This document shows, in pieces, positions 18,159 through 28,997 of a stretch of DNA of 64,000 bases; positions within the stretch are counted from its first letter, which is position 1; each line of letters begins with the position of its first letter. A program made the translations under genes and the position numbers. Below the pieces are notes generated by a model. That model did no database searches and was not told where the DNA came from. It worked only from the letters and a program-made list of their open reading frames with translations. This DNA is from Corallococcus sp. (GTDB taxonomy: Bacteria > Bacillota > Clostridia > Christensenellales > CAG-314), in the NCBI GenBank assembly GCA_023663205.1, contig JAMPHX010000001.1, positions 7 to 64,006 of the forward strand, written 5' to 3'.

Positions 18159-21100
18159 ATGACAAAACGCAAAATATGTATACTCTTTGCCGTGCTGGTG
18201 TTGGCAGTCAGTCTTGTTGCCGTTACGGCGTGTCAAGACCCGCAGCCGACAGACAACTATTGGACGGTGACGTTCTACGTCAGCGGCAGTAAGTACGGCG
18301 AAGAAGTAAAGGTGTTGAAAGGCCGCCGTATAACTGCGGCAAGCATACCTGCCGACCCGACTTTCGGCGACGGAAGTGTATTTATCGGTTGGTACACAAG
18401 CGCTACGGAGTTTTCCGACGCTAACAAATGGGACTTTGAAAAGGGCAAGGTAACCCAAAATCTCGATTTATATGCGGGTTATCGTGTAATTTCCGCAGAA
18501 CCTACCGATTTGCAGATGGCGCAAGAAGCCTGCACAAGCAAATTGGTGTGGACTCAACGCGTAATGGGCACAGATTACACGGTTTCTCTCGGGGGGGGGC
18601 GTAACGCTTGAAGGCACAACTTCGTTTGATGCGGCAAACTTTACGGTAACCTTCACTCCGACTGATGCTCCCAAAGGCGGACTGTACGACGTAACGGTAA
18701 CCGACGCGGCGTACACAGACAAAAGCGCAAGCGCAAGCGGTTTGCTGTTCTGCGGCGACGGCACGCTAAACAATCCGTATTTGATTGCCACGGCATTGGA
18801 TTTTACTGCAATAAGCCAAAACAGTGTTGAACAGAACACTTATTACAAACTGTACAAAAATTTGACTGTATCTACCGATTACGACGCGCAGTCGGGCAAA
18901 GTGTTTGACGGTATTCTCGACGGCGACGGCAGAACGGTAACCATCGATAACGGTAATGCCGGATTGCTTGCGGAAGTGGGCGAACACGGCAGAGTTACCA
19001 CAGTAAATATAGCCGGCTCTGTATCTGCGCTCAAAGACAGCGTTGGCGCGTTGGCAAACGTAAACAGAGGGCGCGTTGAAAAAATAAACGTCACGGCAAA
19101 CGTAACTTCCACCGCAGGAACTGTCGGTACAAACGGACTTGACGATTTGCTTACGAAAGGCAAAGGCATTGCCGGCGGCGTTGTAGGCACAAACGAGACC
19201 ACCGGTGTTGTTTACAATTGCAAAATTGTTACACAAAGTTCTTCTGACGGAGTAGTCAAAGCCTCTATTGGCGGAGGCTGCATTGTAGGTTTCAACAAAG
19301 GCACGGTTGAAAGTTGCGTAAGCGAAGGCGCATTCGGCGCTTGGAACTCAACCGAATCGGGCGGCAAAACTTTATCCGCATATTCGTACGCCGGCGGAGT
19401 AGTAGGCATAAATGCCGGAACCGTCAAGGAATGTTCGTTGACAGGCTCGGGTAAAATGCTTGCGCAGCGTTACACCGACGCTTCGGCAGTAATAGAGGGA
19501 ACCAACCACATTGCATTGGGCGGAATAGTCGGATACAATATGGAAGGCGCAATTGTGGAAAAATGCGAGTACTCCGGTATACGCGTTCACGGCGACGAAG
19601 CAATAGGCGGTATTGTCGGCATAAACGACGGCACTGTCAAAAATTGTATGTCCGAAGGCGTGTTCAAAGGCGATACGGGCGAAAGTTACGTAGGCGGACG
19701 TACGGACGTCGGCGGTATTGCGGGACGTATGGAAGCCAACGGTATAGTCGAAAATTGCATAAATACGGCAAATGTATTCTGCTATACGGAAGGTACTGCA
19801 TACAGCATTGCAAGCAAGTCAAATAACAGCGTTTACATCAGCGTAAATTCCAACAGAAACAGTCTTGCTGCCAATCCCGAGGCGGTGACTCTTACCGCGC
19901 CGCAAGGTACGGGCAACGTAAATGTTGAAGAAACATTCGACGGGAAGACGGACGTTAAACTTGCGGAAAAGTACCTTGCAACGGTAAATGCGGAAAGCGC
20001 ATTTGCATTTGACTCCGCGGCAAATACAATCAAGATAGTAACTACGCAAATACCCGAGTTGTCATTGACGGTAACGGTACACGCCGACGGCAAAACCGAG
20101 GAACAAACGGTATACGAAACACCGTCTACAATTTCCGCGCCGAGCAAATTCGGCTACGTGTTCAAGGGCTGGTCGCTTGCGGAGGATGGGGAAATAGTCT
20201 TTGCCAAGGGAATGCAGATTTCTTACTACGACCTCAAAGATTTGCGCGGAGAGGGCGGCAAGGTAGACCTCTACGCCAAATACGAACAGCGCACAATAGA
20301 TAACAATGTTTTGAACGTGTCCATTTGGAACAACTCCAAGGGTGCGTGGATTACCGAAACGCAAATCGACAAAATCAAAACCGACTTTGCAGCATATCTT
20401 ACGGAAAAAGGCATTGACGTTGCGGACAAGGAAATCTATTGGATTGTGGAAAAGGATGTTTCGTCGGTTGCCAACTTAGGCGCATCGGTAAATGCCGCCG
20501 AAAACATAGATATAGTAGTAGCATGCGGTACAAATATAACTTCTACCGGCAAGGTAGAGGTGCTTACCCGCAAGGAAATTGTCTCCGAGGATTATGCGTC
20601 TTCCGGCAGACTTGCCGCGTTGCTTACCGAAAACGAACTTGCAATGCACTTGTTCAGTATGCTGACGGGCGCGGAAAACGGCAAGGCGGAAGTTACTCTT
20701 GTGGGAGATACAACCGTCACCGAAACGCTTGACGGCATATTTGCCAATGCGGCAACGGCTCCCGCCGTCACGCCGGCGGACGGCTTCAAATTTATCGGTT
20801 GGGCAACAACGCAGGACGCAACGGAAGCGCAGGTTACCGGCACAATAAATTACACCGCGGTAAAGGATTATCTTGAACAAGGCAAAGTTACTTTGTACCC
20901 AGTATTTGAAAAGTTGCCCGAAACCGACGACAATTCGTTGGTAGTAGTGTTTTACGCAAAGTTTTTCGATGAAGATAAGGTGGAACCGTTAAAGGCGGCT
21001 TTCCAAACTTACTGCACGGAAAACGGTATCGAAGCGGGTCCTCTTACATTCCTTTGCGAAGTTACAGGCAACAACGCCGCTTTCAACACCTATCTTGTAG

Positions 21101-21339
21101 GGTTGGAGAGTGGATTTGACGTTGCCGTAGGCGGTAAAGCAACATCCAAGGCTCCGATAGAATGCTTCGAGCAGAAAGCGGACGAAATAAACATCACGTA
21201 TGTTTACGGTATGAACGCCGCTTCGGAAAGACCCGCGGTGTTTATGAACACGCGCGATATTGTCACGGCATTCAAAGCATTCCTTCAAACGGAAAGCGCG
21301 TCGGCTGTTTTGAACCCCGCGCAAACCGCACAAATTTAA
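18159..21339 (+). pseudogene. Surface lipoprotein with InlB-B/Flg_new-type repeats and six GLUG motifs, frame broken at a G9 tract
   Basis: Lipobox signal MTKRKICILFAVLVLAVSLVAVTAC. ORF 18159..18611 and the 865-aa ORF overlap in different frames across G9 (18591-18599), and G8 would give one 1,059-codon ORF. GLUG-like repeats are present (GGVVGTN...NC, GGIVGYN...KC, GGIVGIN...NC, GGIAGRM...NC), as are Listeria-Bacteroides repeat patterns (FIGWYT, FKGWSL, FIGWAT). Confidence 0.7.
18591..18599. repeat. G9 homopolymer inside the lipoprotein gene
   Basis: Read directly. The ORF-track translations on both strands (LGGGRNA; TPPPERN) confirm nine G/C. Confidence 0.9.
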
Positions 21340-21424
21340 TATAACCGCTAAAAGCGCGTCGGTTTGTCCTAAACTTGAAAAAGTTTCGGTACATCTGCCG
21401 CGCTTTTGAATACGAGGAATTACA

Positions 21425-23662
21425 ATGACAAAATTCAAAAGTTTTTTTATAAAAATCGGAAATGCGATAGGCGGTTGGTTTAAAAAGAACACCAAATGGA
21501 AAATTATTTTGTGCGTTGCCGTTGCCGTTGTGCTTTTGGGCGGTTTTTTGGCAAGCATGATTCAGACGGACTTTTTCAAGGTAAAAGTCTATTCGCAAAC
21601 AATCGAAACGGAACCCGTAACAAGCAAAGGGGAAGCGCTTTATGAGCAGACGGGCGTAAAAAGTTGGGTTACGGCAGATATTTACAGACCCAAAGCCGCT
21701 TCGGCGGAAAACCCCGTGCCGTTGGTGTTTGTCGTGCCCGGTATTCAGCGTACCAAGGAAACTCAGGCGTCTTTTTGCATAGAGTTATCTCGCCGCGGTT
21801 ATGCAGTAATATGTATCGACCCGTACAATCAGGGCGAAAGTTCTTCCTCGTACGAATCGCAGTCGGCGACGCAGGAGGGCTACGGGCTGTTTGCATGGAT
21901 GGATTATTTGTTTGAGGACGACCAATACACTCTCAAAGAGGAGTTTTCGTGGATTGACCCTGCGCGAATAGGCGCGTGCGGTCACAGCGCAGGCGGTAAC
22001 GCCTGCCAAAAGTTTGCCGAAAGAGAAGGTAAACTTGCCGTCAACAACAAGAAACCTTGCAGAATAAACGGCATTTACATAACCGGTTACATCAGAGATT
22101 TTACGTGGACAAACACAATTTGCAATGTGGGAATAAGTTATTCGCAAAACGATGAGGGGGCATTTCAAAACAAGACCGCTCAACGCAAAAATGCCATTAG
22201 GGAAAAACTTGCAAAGGGTGAAACTCTTACAGAAACGGAAGAATGGTATCTTACGGTAGGTAATGCCGACCTAAGGTATGCCGACGAATCGATTGCGCTT
22301 GTAAATTATCAGTTAAAGCGTATTCCGGTTGCCAACGGACAACAGAAAATTTCTTTGGACAATTACGACTACGGCGATGAGGACGCAGACGGCTACGTTC
22401 GTATAGGTTACGGCTACGGCAATCAATATGACGGCACTTACGTAATTATAAACAACGAAACTACTTTGCACGCGCTTCAACCTTACGACGGTGCTACCCT
22501 TACCAATCTTTGCGCGTTTTTTGAAATATCTTTTGACGGAGAAAACGCCCTTGTGCCCTCCGCACACGCTTGGTTGTGGAAAGAAATAGGCTCGGGTATG
22601 ACGCTGTTCGGCGGATTTGCGTTTATTTGCGCGCTGTTTGTTTTGCTGCTCGATACCAAGTTTTTTGCTTCGCTCAAAAAACCCGTTCCCAAACGTACGC
22701 CTAATCAAGGGGTAAAGGGAAGAGTGAGTTTTTGGCTGTCGTTTGCGGTATCGGCCGTTGTCGCGTGCGTGCTGTATATGTCCTGCGTTCACCTGAGCGT
22801 CAAATGGTTCCCCGACGCCGCGGGAAGTATTCAAACTTGGGTATTTCCGCAGCGGTTTACCAATGCCGTAATGCTGTGGGCGGTGTTTAACGGACTTATC
22901 GGCGTGGCTATCTTCTTTATCACTTGGGGAATAGAGTTTGCAATCGATTACTTCAAGGCAAAAAAAGCGCCCGCAAGTACGATAGCCGATAACGGTGCGG
23001 AATGCGAAATAGTATGCGAAACGGAATCTGCTGCTTGCTGCGGCGTACAACCGTCGGATGACGACGGTGCTGTTTCCGCTGTCAAGAAGGATTACCTTTC
23101 GCGCTTCGAGCCGCTTAAACTCGGCGGTATCGATATACTCAAAACATTGCTTATGGCTGCAATACTCGTAGCGTCCTTCTTTGCATTGGATTACGCAATA
23201 TACGGGATTTTCCACGTGGATATGCGTTTCTTCTTTGTATCCGCACGGGTTTCTTTCAGTTGGCGCGCTGTACTGTCAATGCTAATGTATGTGCCGATAT
23301 TCTTTGTGTTTTACTTTTCCAATTCATTTCGCGTCAATTGCTGTATGCGCCCCGAAAATTGGAAAGAATGGCTCAGCCAACTTATTGCCGTTTTGGGCAA
23401 TACATTGGGACTTGTGGCAATACTGTTTGTTCAGTACATACCGATGATAAGCGGCGGACAGATAGGCTATCTTTCCACCGAAGGTCCCGAATGGTTGTTT
23501 GTAAACTTGCTGTTCAGCATAATCCCCATGATGATTGCGCTACCGCTGTTCAACAGATTCTTCTTCAACAAGACGGGACGCGCTTGGCTTGGACCCATAG
23601 TAACGTGTTTTATATTCATTATTATGACGGGCGGCGCTACGACAATGTATTTTGCATTGTAA
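21425..23662 (+). CDS. Alpha/beta-hydrolase domain fused to a polytopic membrane domain
   Basis: N-terminal TM anchor, then a hydrolase fold with nucleophile elbow GHSAGG. The C-terminal ~350 aa contain about eight hydrophobic helices, interrupted by an acidic/Cys insert (ECEIVCETESAACCGVQPSDDDG). Confidence 0.75.
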   Translation: MTKFKSFFIKIGNAIGGWFKKNTKWKIILCVAVAVVLLGGFLASMIQTDFFKVKVYSQTIETEPVTSKGEALYEQTGVKSWVTADIYRPKAASAENPVPLVFVVPGIQRTKETQASFCIELSRRGYAVICIDPYNQGESSSSYESQSATQEGYGLFAWMDYLFEDDQYTLKEEFSWIDPARIGACGHSAGGNACQKFAEREGKLAVNNKKPCRINGIYITGYIRDFTWTNTICNVGISYSQNDEGAFQNKTAQRKNAIREKLAKGETLTETEEWYLTVGNADLRYADESIALVNYQLKRIPVANGQQKISLDNYDYGDEDADGYVRIGYGYGNQYDGTYVIINNETTLHALQPYDGATLTNLCAFFEISFDGENALVPSAHAWLWKEIGSGMTLFGGFAFICALFVLLLDTKFFASLKKPVPKRTPNQGVKGRVSFWLSFAVSAVVACVLYMSCVHLSVKWFPDAAGSIQTWVFPQRFTNAVMLWAVFNGLIGVAIFFITWGIEFAIDYFKAKKAPASTIADNGAECEIVCETESAACCGVQPSDDDGAVSAVKKDYLSRFEPLKLGGIDILKTLLMAAILVASFFALDYAIYGIFHVDMRFFFVSARVSFSWRAVLSMLMYVPIFFVFYFSNSFRVNCCMRPENWKEWLSQLIAVLGNTLGLVAILFVQYIPMISGGQIGYLSTEGPEWLFVNLLFSIIPMMIALPLFNRFFFNKTGRAWLGPIVTCFIFIIMTGGATTMYFAL

Positions 23663-23705
23663 GCGCATAGTTGCTCTGAGGAACAAGCAATTGCAAGTGA
23701 GGTTA

Positions 23706-24962
23706 ATGTATATGAAGTTTTTAAAAAAAATTGCGCTGTACGTTGCATTGATTGCCGTACTTTGTATGTCGTTTGCTTTGGCGGGTTGTTTTGCTCCGCG
23801 AGGTATCGAAGGCGCAACCGACAAAAAGGTAATCGAAGGCGACGACCTTGTTGCGGAAAAACCCATTGTAAAGTGGGAAGGACGATACGAGTACAAAGAC
23901 CGACACGTATATTTGTATCACACGGCAACGGGATTTACCGTGGAGTTTTACGGAACCGGTTTGCTTGTAAAGTTCAACGCTGACGTTGCCGACGGCGGTG
24001 CAAAATCGCGTCAGCCCTACTACAATTACGCCGTTGACGGCGAAGTGCTTCCCAACGCCGACGAGGGCAGGACATTCTGCTTGGAACAGGGCGAACAAAC
24101 CGTGGTTTTGGCGGAAGGTCTTAAAGAGGGTAAACATACCGTCAAGTGTCTGAAAATGAGCGAACCGTACGACGCGGTCACTTCGGTCATTTCTATGGAA
24201 ACCGACGGACAGTTTATTTACCGTGACAAAGATGACGACGACGGAGCCTACCGCTTCATGGTTGTGTGCGCTTCAGGCGGTTCGGGACACGGCGCATTAG
24301 GGTATTCCGAACAGAACAAATGGTGCGCGCGCACAACAGCCAACAGCAGCAGTTTGCACGCTTTCAACTATCTTACGGCAAGAATGTTCGATGCCGACGT
24401 GCAGTTTGTGGCGACAAGCGGCTGGGGTGTAGGTTGGAAGAAAAACTGCGGCAAATCCATTGCGGAAATATTGGATTACACGGGCAATCTGCCCGCCGAT
24501 AACGTCACTGCCGCCAAACAAACAGCAAAGTGGGATTATTCCGAGTGGGTTCCCGACGTAATACTGTTTAATATAGGCGGCAACGATACCACCAAGAGCG
24601 ATTTTGACTTGCAGTATTATCAGGCAAAAGCGGTGGCTATGGTAAAAGCACTGCACGAAACTTACCCTAATGCCGATATGATTTGGACGCATACCGGCAG
24701 TAAGGCGGGCACTTACGCCGTTTCCGCGCTTACCGATGCCGGAATAATGAAGGAGGGGTATTTGAAGGTGTTATCTTCCATGCCCAACGTCGGCGAGGGA
24801 GTAAGCGGAGCAGGAACGTACGGAGCAAACGGACACAGCAGCATAAAGACGCATATAGACATTGCCGATTTACTTGCGGAAATGCTTACGGAAGCGGGTT
24901 ACGGCAAGGAACGCGAAAATATTGCGTTTGCGGATTACGAAAGTATTCTCAAAAAGTTTTGA
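23706..24962 (+). CDS. Lipoprotein, SGNH/CE2-like esterase architecture with divergent catalytic motifs
   Basis: Lipobox MYMKFLKKIALYVALIAVLCMSFALAGC. N-terminal beta-sandwich-like region (WEGRYEY...GFTVEFYGTGLLVKF), then a GxND block (FNIGGNDT). The canonical GDS and DxxH blocks are not obvious. Confidence 0.55.
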   Translation: MYMKFLKKIALYVALIAVLCMSFALAGCFAPRGIEGATDKKVIEGDDLVAEKPIVKWEGRYEYKDRHVYLYHTATGFTVEFYGTGLLVKFNADVADGGAKSRQPYYNYAVDGEVLPNADEGRTFCLEQGEQTVVLAEGLKEGKHTVKCLKMSEPYDAVTSVISMETDGQFIYRDKDDDDGAYRFMVVCASGGSGHGALGYSEQNKWCARTTANSSSLHAFNYLTARMFDADVQFVATSGWGVGWKKNCGKSIAEILDYTGNLPADNVTAAKQTAKWDYSEWVPDVILFNIGGNDTTKSDFDLQYYQAKAVAMVKALHETYPNADMIWTHTGSKAGTYAVSALTDAGIMKEGYLKVLSSMPNVGEGVSGAGTYGANGHSSIKTHIDIADLLAEMLTEAGYGKERENIAFADYESILKKF

Positions 24963-25362
24963 TTTTTGCTATGTCGATTTCAAAGCGGCAAAGGCGGCAG
25001 ACGGATTTGAGAGAGTATTGCTGTAAAACTTGATTTTTCAAAATTAAGTAAAAGCAAAAACATTGCTAAGACAAATAAGCGGGTTCATATCGAAGTGAAA
25101 TGCGCCTCCAAAGTTGTCATACTTTTGGGGTACGCCACAAAGTATGAGTCCGTTTTTTTGCTTGTAATAAAACTGTAATCAATGCGGATTACGCTGCCGT
25201 CAAAAGTAAAATATAAACATTATTTTTTCGATATTCCACATTTTGAACAGCGATGTGTTATACTGTATAAAGACGCGCGGCGCAAGATTTTGTCAGTGGC
25301 AAGTCAAATGTAAAACGGCATATATTCGTGCCGTTCGTGCGCGCGTAAGAGGGGGGAAATTT

Positions 25363-27258
25363 ATGTCGGAAAAAGCGTTGAAAACGCAATTGTCGGCGGA
25401 GGACAGGCAGTTTAACAAAAACAAATGGCTGTTTAGCATAAGCGGAATAGGCAGAGATATGTCCTATCAACTTATATCGTCCTTTTTGCTGATATACATA
25501 CAGTTCGGCGTTACGCTGAATGTTGCCGAGTTTACGACGATAAGTATGATTATCGGTATCGGCGGAAGAATTTGGGATGCCATTAACGACCCGATGATGG
25601 GCGCTATTATCGAAGGCACTCATATGAAATTCGGCAAGTTTAAACCGTGGATTTTGATAGGCGCGGTAACGTGCGGCTCGGTAATAATAGCGATGTTCAA
25701 CATTCAGGGGCTTGCGCATTGGAACTTTGTTGTATTTATGTCGGTAATGTATTTGCTGTGGGAAACTACCTTTACAATGAACGATATAGGTTATTGGTCG
25801 ATGCTTGCAAGTTTATCCAGCAAGAAGGAACAGCGCAACAGCGTAACAATGTTGACGGTTGTATTTGCAGGCATAGGCGCGTTTGTGGCGCAAGGCGGGA
25901 TATCCTTCCTTTACCCCGGTAACGTCCGCGACGCATTCAGATGGATTTCCGTGGGAGTTGTCGCCGTATTTGTGGTAATGCAGGTAATATGTGCGGTATT
26001 TGTCAAGGAACGTCCGCGCACGCAAATGGAACAAAGCGAAAAAGTTTCGCTCAAACGTATGTGGAACACAATCAAGAAAAACGACCAAGTGTTGTGGATG
26101 ACCTTGTCAATGTTATTCTACAACATAGGCAGTTCGCTGCTTGTCGGTCTTGCGTACAACCTTTATTACATCGAAATCGGTTACAATGGTGAAACAATAG
26201 TGTTTATTGCAATTTTCGGTATAGTAAACGTGGCTACGCAGGCACTGTATCCTATGCTTTCGCGCAAACTCGGCAGACGCAAGTTGCAGTTAATCAGCAT
26301 AATTGCGGCGTGCGTAGGTTACGTAGGCATTGCCCTTTTGGGTTGGGGCGGAGTAATACCGTTTAACCTTATTACGCTTTCGGTATTCGGAATATTGGTA
26401 TTTGCGGGACAGGCGCTGTATTACATGACCTGCATAATCAATATGACCAACTGCGTGGAGTACAACGAGTACAAATACGGCGAACGCAACGAAGCGGTGG
26501 TTTCCACACTGCGTCCGTTTATGGCAAAGTTTGCCGACGCAATCAAGATGGGTATAGTAACGCTTGTATTGGTTGTATCGGGGGTTTTCCTGCTTAGTAA
26601 CAACATATCTACGATTGAAGCGCAGAGAGATTACTTTGCAAAGAATATGGACGGCGCAGCCCGCGTAGAATACGTTACGAGTTTGCAGGATTATCTCAAA
26701 CGCCTTCCCGATAAGGACGCGGCAAACTACGACGAATTGATGAATCGACTTAACGAAGATTTGCAAAAAGACCAAACGCTTGCGCAATATCAAATAGAAG
26801 TCAACTATCTGGAAGCGGTAAGTCAATTGCGCGTGTTGGACGCGGAAGGCAATATTGTAGGTACGATAGCGGATGTCAATGCCGCTATGTTCGGCAGCGG
26901 CAATTACAGCCTTTCCATTTCAGGCGACGGATACAATGTGGCGGATGACAACTTTTTGAGCAAAGGCAATACGTCAATGCGGTTGTGGCTGCGTGCAAGC
27001 GTGACGGTTGTGCCCATAATAATGATTGCAATTTCGTTGATTATTCAACGCAAAAAGTTTATCATAGACGAAAACAAGTATGACGAAATGCTCGAAGAAA
27101 TAGAGCGCAAAAAACTTCTCGCGGCAGAATCTCCCGAACAAACGGTAGTTTACACGGAAAGTTCTGCCGATAGGGCGTCGGAAGATACCGCGCAGACGGA
27201 ACAAACGGTTAACCGTGACGGCTCGGATGCAAAGCAGGATGAAAACGGAGAACCGTAA
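25363..27258 (+). CDS. GPH/MFS-family glycoside-pentoside-hexuronide:cation symporter with a large C-terminal insertion
   Basis: SD AGAGGGGGG. N-terminus FSISGIGRDMSYQL and DAINDPMMG (the GPH signature D-x-x-x-D-P), followed by 11-12 helices. About 125 soluble residues are inserted before the last helix, and the tail is acidic. Confidence 0.8.
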   Translation: MSEKALKTQLSAEDRQFNKNKWLFSISGIGRDMSYQLISSFLLIYIQFGVTLNVAEFTTISMIIGIGGRIWDAINDPMMGAIIEGTHMKFGKFKPWILIGAVTCGSVIIAMFNIQGLAHWNFVVFMSVMYLLWETTFTMNDIGYWSMLASLSSKKEQRNSVTMLTVVFAGIGAFVAQGGISFLYPGNVRDAFRWISVGVVAVFVVMQVICAVFVKERPRTQMEQSEKVSLKRMWNTIKKNDQVLWMTLSMLFYNIGSSLLVGLAYNLYYIEIGYNGETIVFIAIFGIVNVATQALYPMLSRKLGRRKLQLISIIAACVGYVGIALLGWGGVIPFNLITLSVFGILVFAGQALYYMTCIINMTNCVEYNEYKYGERNEAVVSTLRPFMAKFADAIKMGIVTLVLVVSGVFLLSNNISTIEAQRDYFAKNMDGAARVEYVTSLQDYLKRLPDKDAANYDELMNRLNEDLQKDQTLAQYQIEVNYLEAVSQLRVLDAEGNIVGTIADVNAAMFGSGNYSLSISGDGYNVADDNFLSKGNTSMRLWLRASVTVVPIIMIAISLIIQRKKFIIDENKYDEMLEEIERKKLLAAESPEQTVVYTESSADRASEDTAQTEQTVNRDGSDAKQDENGEP

Positions 27259-27803
27259 TACGGGCGGATTGGGAGTTTTGCCGATTTAATACCGTGCGGA
27301 AATACTGTCTGTTCGGCATAAGCGTTTGATATAGCGGTTTAAGTTGTATGCACCGTATAAATAAACGGCATATTGCGGGTGAGCCTTACCGCAACAGGCT
27401 AAAAGGCAAATACCGAGGCAAAACGCATACCGCCAAAGGTAATTACGTCTGCGCGGCAAGCGGCAAAGATAATCGAACGCAAAACGCATATCGCAAGCGG
27501 TGCTACTGCCTTAAAGACATACAAAAGGACATTGAAAATGTTTGTTTTCAATGCCCTTTAATAATTTTTGACAATATCGGTATTATATGTGTCCGCAACG
27601 CGTTTAATGCGTAATACCTTTACGTTACGGCATATTTTGACATTCGGAGGACAGTTTTGTTGCCGTGTAAGGATTTATTCATCTGCCGCAGGGAATAAAT
27701 AACCGTTGGCAAAAGCGCGTTTTGCGGCGACGCGGCAAATAGCGGAAACCGTCGGCGCAAATAGTTGTTCTATGGAAGCGCAACTTGCGTTTGCTAAGTG
27801 CGG

Positions 27804-28997
27804 TTAGGCGATAAACACAAATTTTTGCGGGTTGAAGCCGTTATCTTGCGGCGTTAGCGATGAATATATACTTCCGTCGCGGGTGATTTTTACAAGCGAG
27901 CCTCCGCGTTGAGCGGTTTTGTATTTTATAAACGGAAACGCAATGTAATCAATCGACATTCCGTAACCTAACACTACGCCGTTATATCTTACCGACGCGT
28001 TGTTTGTGTGGTCGTGTCCGCAGAATACGGCTTTGGTGCAGCCCTTTTCCGTAATGGCTTCAAACAGTTTGCCCTCGCCGCCTTTTTCCGATGCGGGAGA
28101 TTTGGCATATGTGCCGTACAGCGGCGTTACGTTTGACGAAGCGTCAAGGGTAAGTTTGTAAGCCTCGCGGTACTCGTACAGCGGAATATGCATATATGCA
28201 ACGGACTTTACCTGTCTGCCAGCGTCGGCGTTTATTTTGTCGGTTTGTCTCTTGTACCACTCAACCTGACTGTCTTTTACAAAGTCGTACTTCCACAATC
28301 CGCCGTTGTAGGAGTGGCTGTCAAACATAAACAGCGCCGTGTTCAACGAACCGTCGTTGTTTTTGACTTCCACAACATAGTTGCCCTGTCCGTCAACCGT
28401 CTCGTCGCCCGCCGTAAACAGGCAGTGCGGTAAACTTTCGTAATATGCCGATTGTTCGTCTTTGTGCATAAGCGAAATATTTTCGGCGTCGTGGTTGCCG
28501 TATACAACGCACCAAGGTATTTCCAATGCTTCGAACATTCTTCCAATGGCATTTACGGCAAGGCGGTTGTTTATGCTTCCAAGCAGTATCAGCGGATATA
28601 CCAAGTCGCCCGTCAGCACGATAAAATCGGGTTTGTTTGCATTTACCAATTTGTATACGGACTGTACCGCGCTTTTGTCCGTGCCTACGGTAAATATACT
28701 GCACACTATGTGAATGTCCGATATTTGAAGTATTTTTACATCGCTGCCGTCGGTTTTTTGAATATATGCGTTGCTGCCGCTGTCGACTTTGGCAAAAATT
28801 ACGTTTTCCGTGCCGATAGGATTCAGTTTGTCTATTTCGGCAAATATTGCGTCGCATCCGATAAGCGATATTACCGTCAAAACGGCAAATATCCACAGCA
28901 GAGCGGCAAATACGGAAATTACCGCAACCGCGGCTTTGTTCCTCTTTTTCAATGTTGTTCCCCGTCTTTTTATTGTTGTGTATTTAGTATACCACAT
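27804..28997 (-). CDS. Membrane-anchored calcineurin-like metallophosphoesterase
   Basis: Motifs ISDIH, GDLV, GNHD and GHDH, plus an N-terminal TM helix. An alternative TTG start at 28952 has a better SD. Confidence 0.8.
   Translation of the reverse strand: MWYTKYTTIKRRGTTLKKRNKAAVAVISVFAALLWIFAVLTVISLIGCDAIFAEIDKLNPIGTENVIFAKVDSGSNAYIQKTDGSDVKILQISDIHIVCSIFTVGTDKSAVQSVYKLVNANKPDFIVLTGDLVYPLILLGSINNRLAVNAIGRMFEALEIPWCVVYGNHDAENISLMHKDEQSAYYESLPHCLFTAGDETVDGQGNYVVEVKNNDGSLNTALFMFDSHSYNGGLWKYDFVKDSQVEWYKRQTDKINADAGRQVKSVAYMHIPLYEYREAYKLTLDASSNVTPLYGTYAKSPASEKGGEGKLFEAITEKGCTKAVFCGHDHTNNASVRYNGVVLGYGMSIDYIAFPFIKYKTAQRGGSLVKITRDGSIYSSLTPQDNGFNPQKFVFIA

Noticed and set aside
23652-23705. N-terminal extensions in the ORF track (23652, 25243, 42190, 44655, 46372, 48116, 49724, 12639, 29335, 7894, and minus-strand 59012 and 55897).
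   Set aside because: In each case an internal ATG is preceded by a good SD and gives the conserved N-terminus or signal peptide. The upstream extensions overlap promoters, leaders or the preceding gene.
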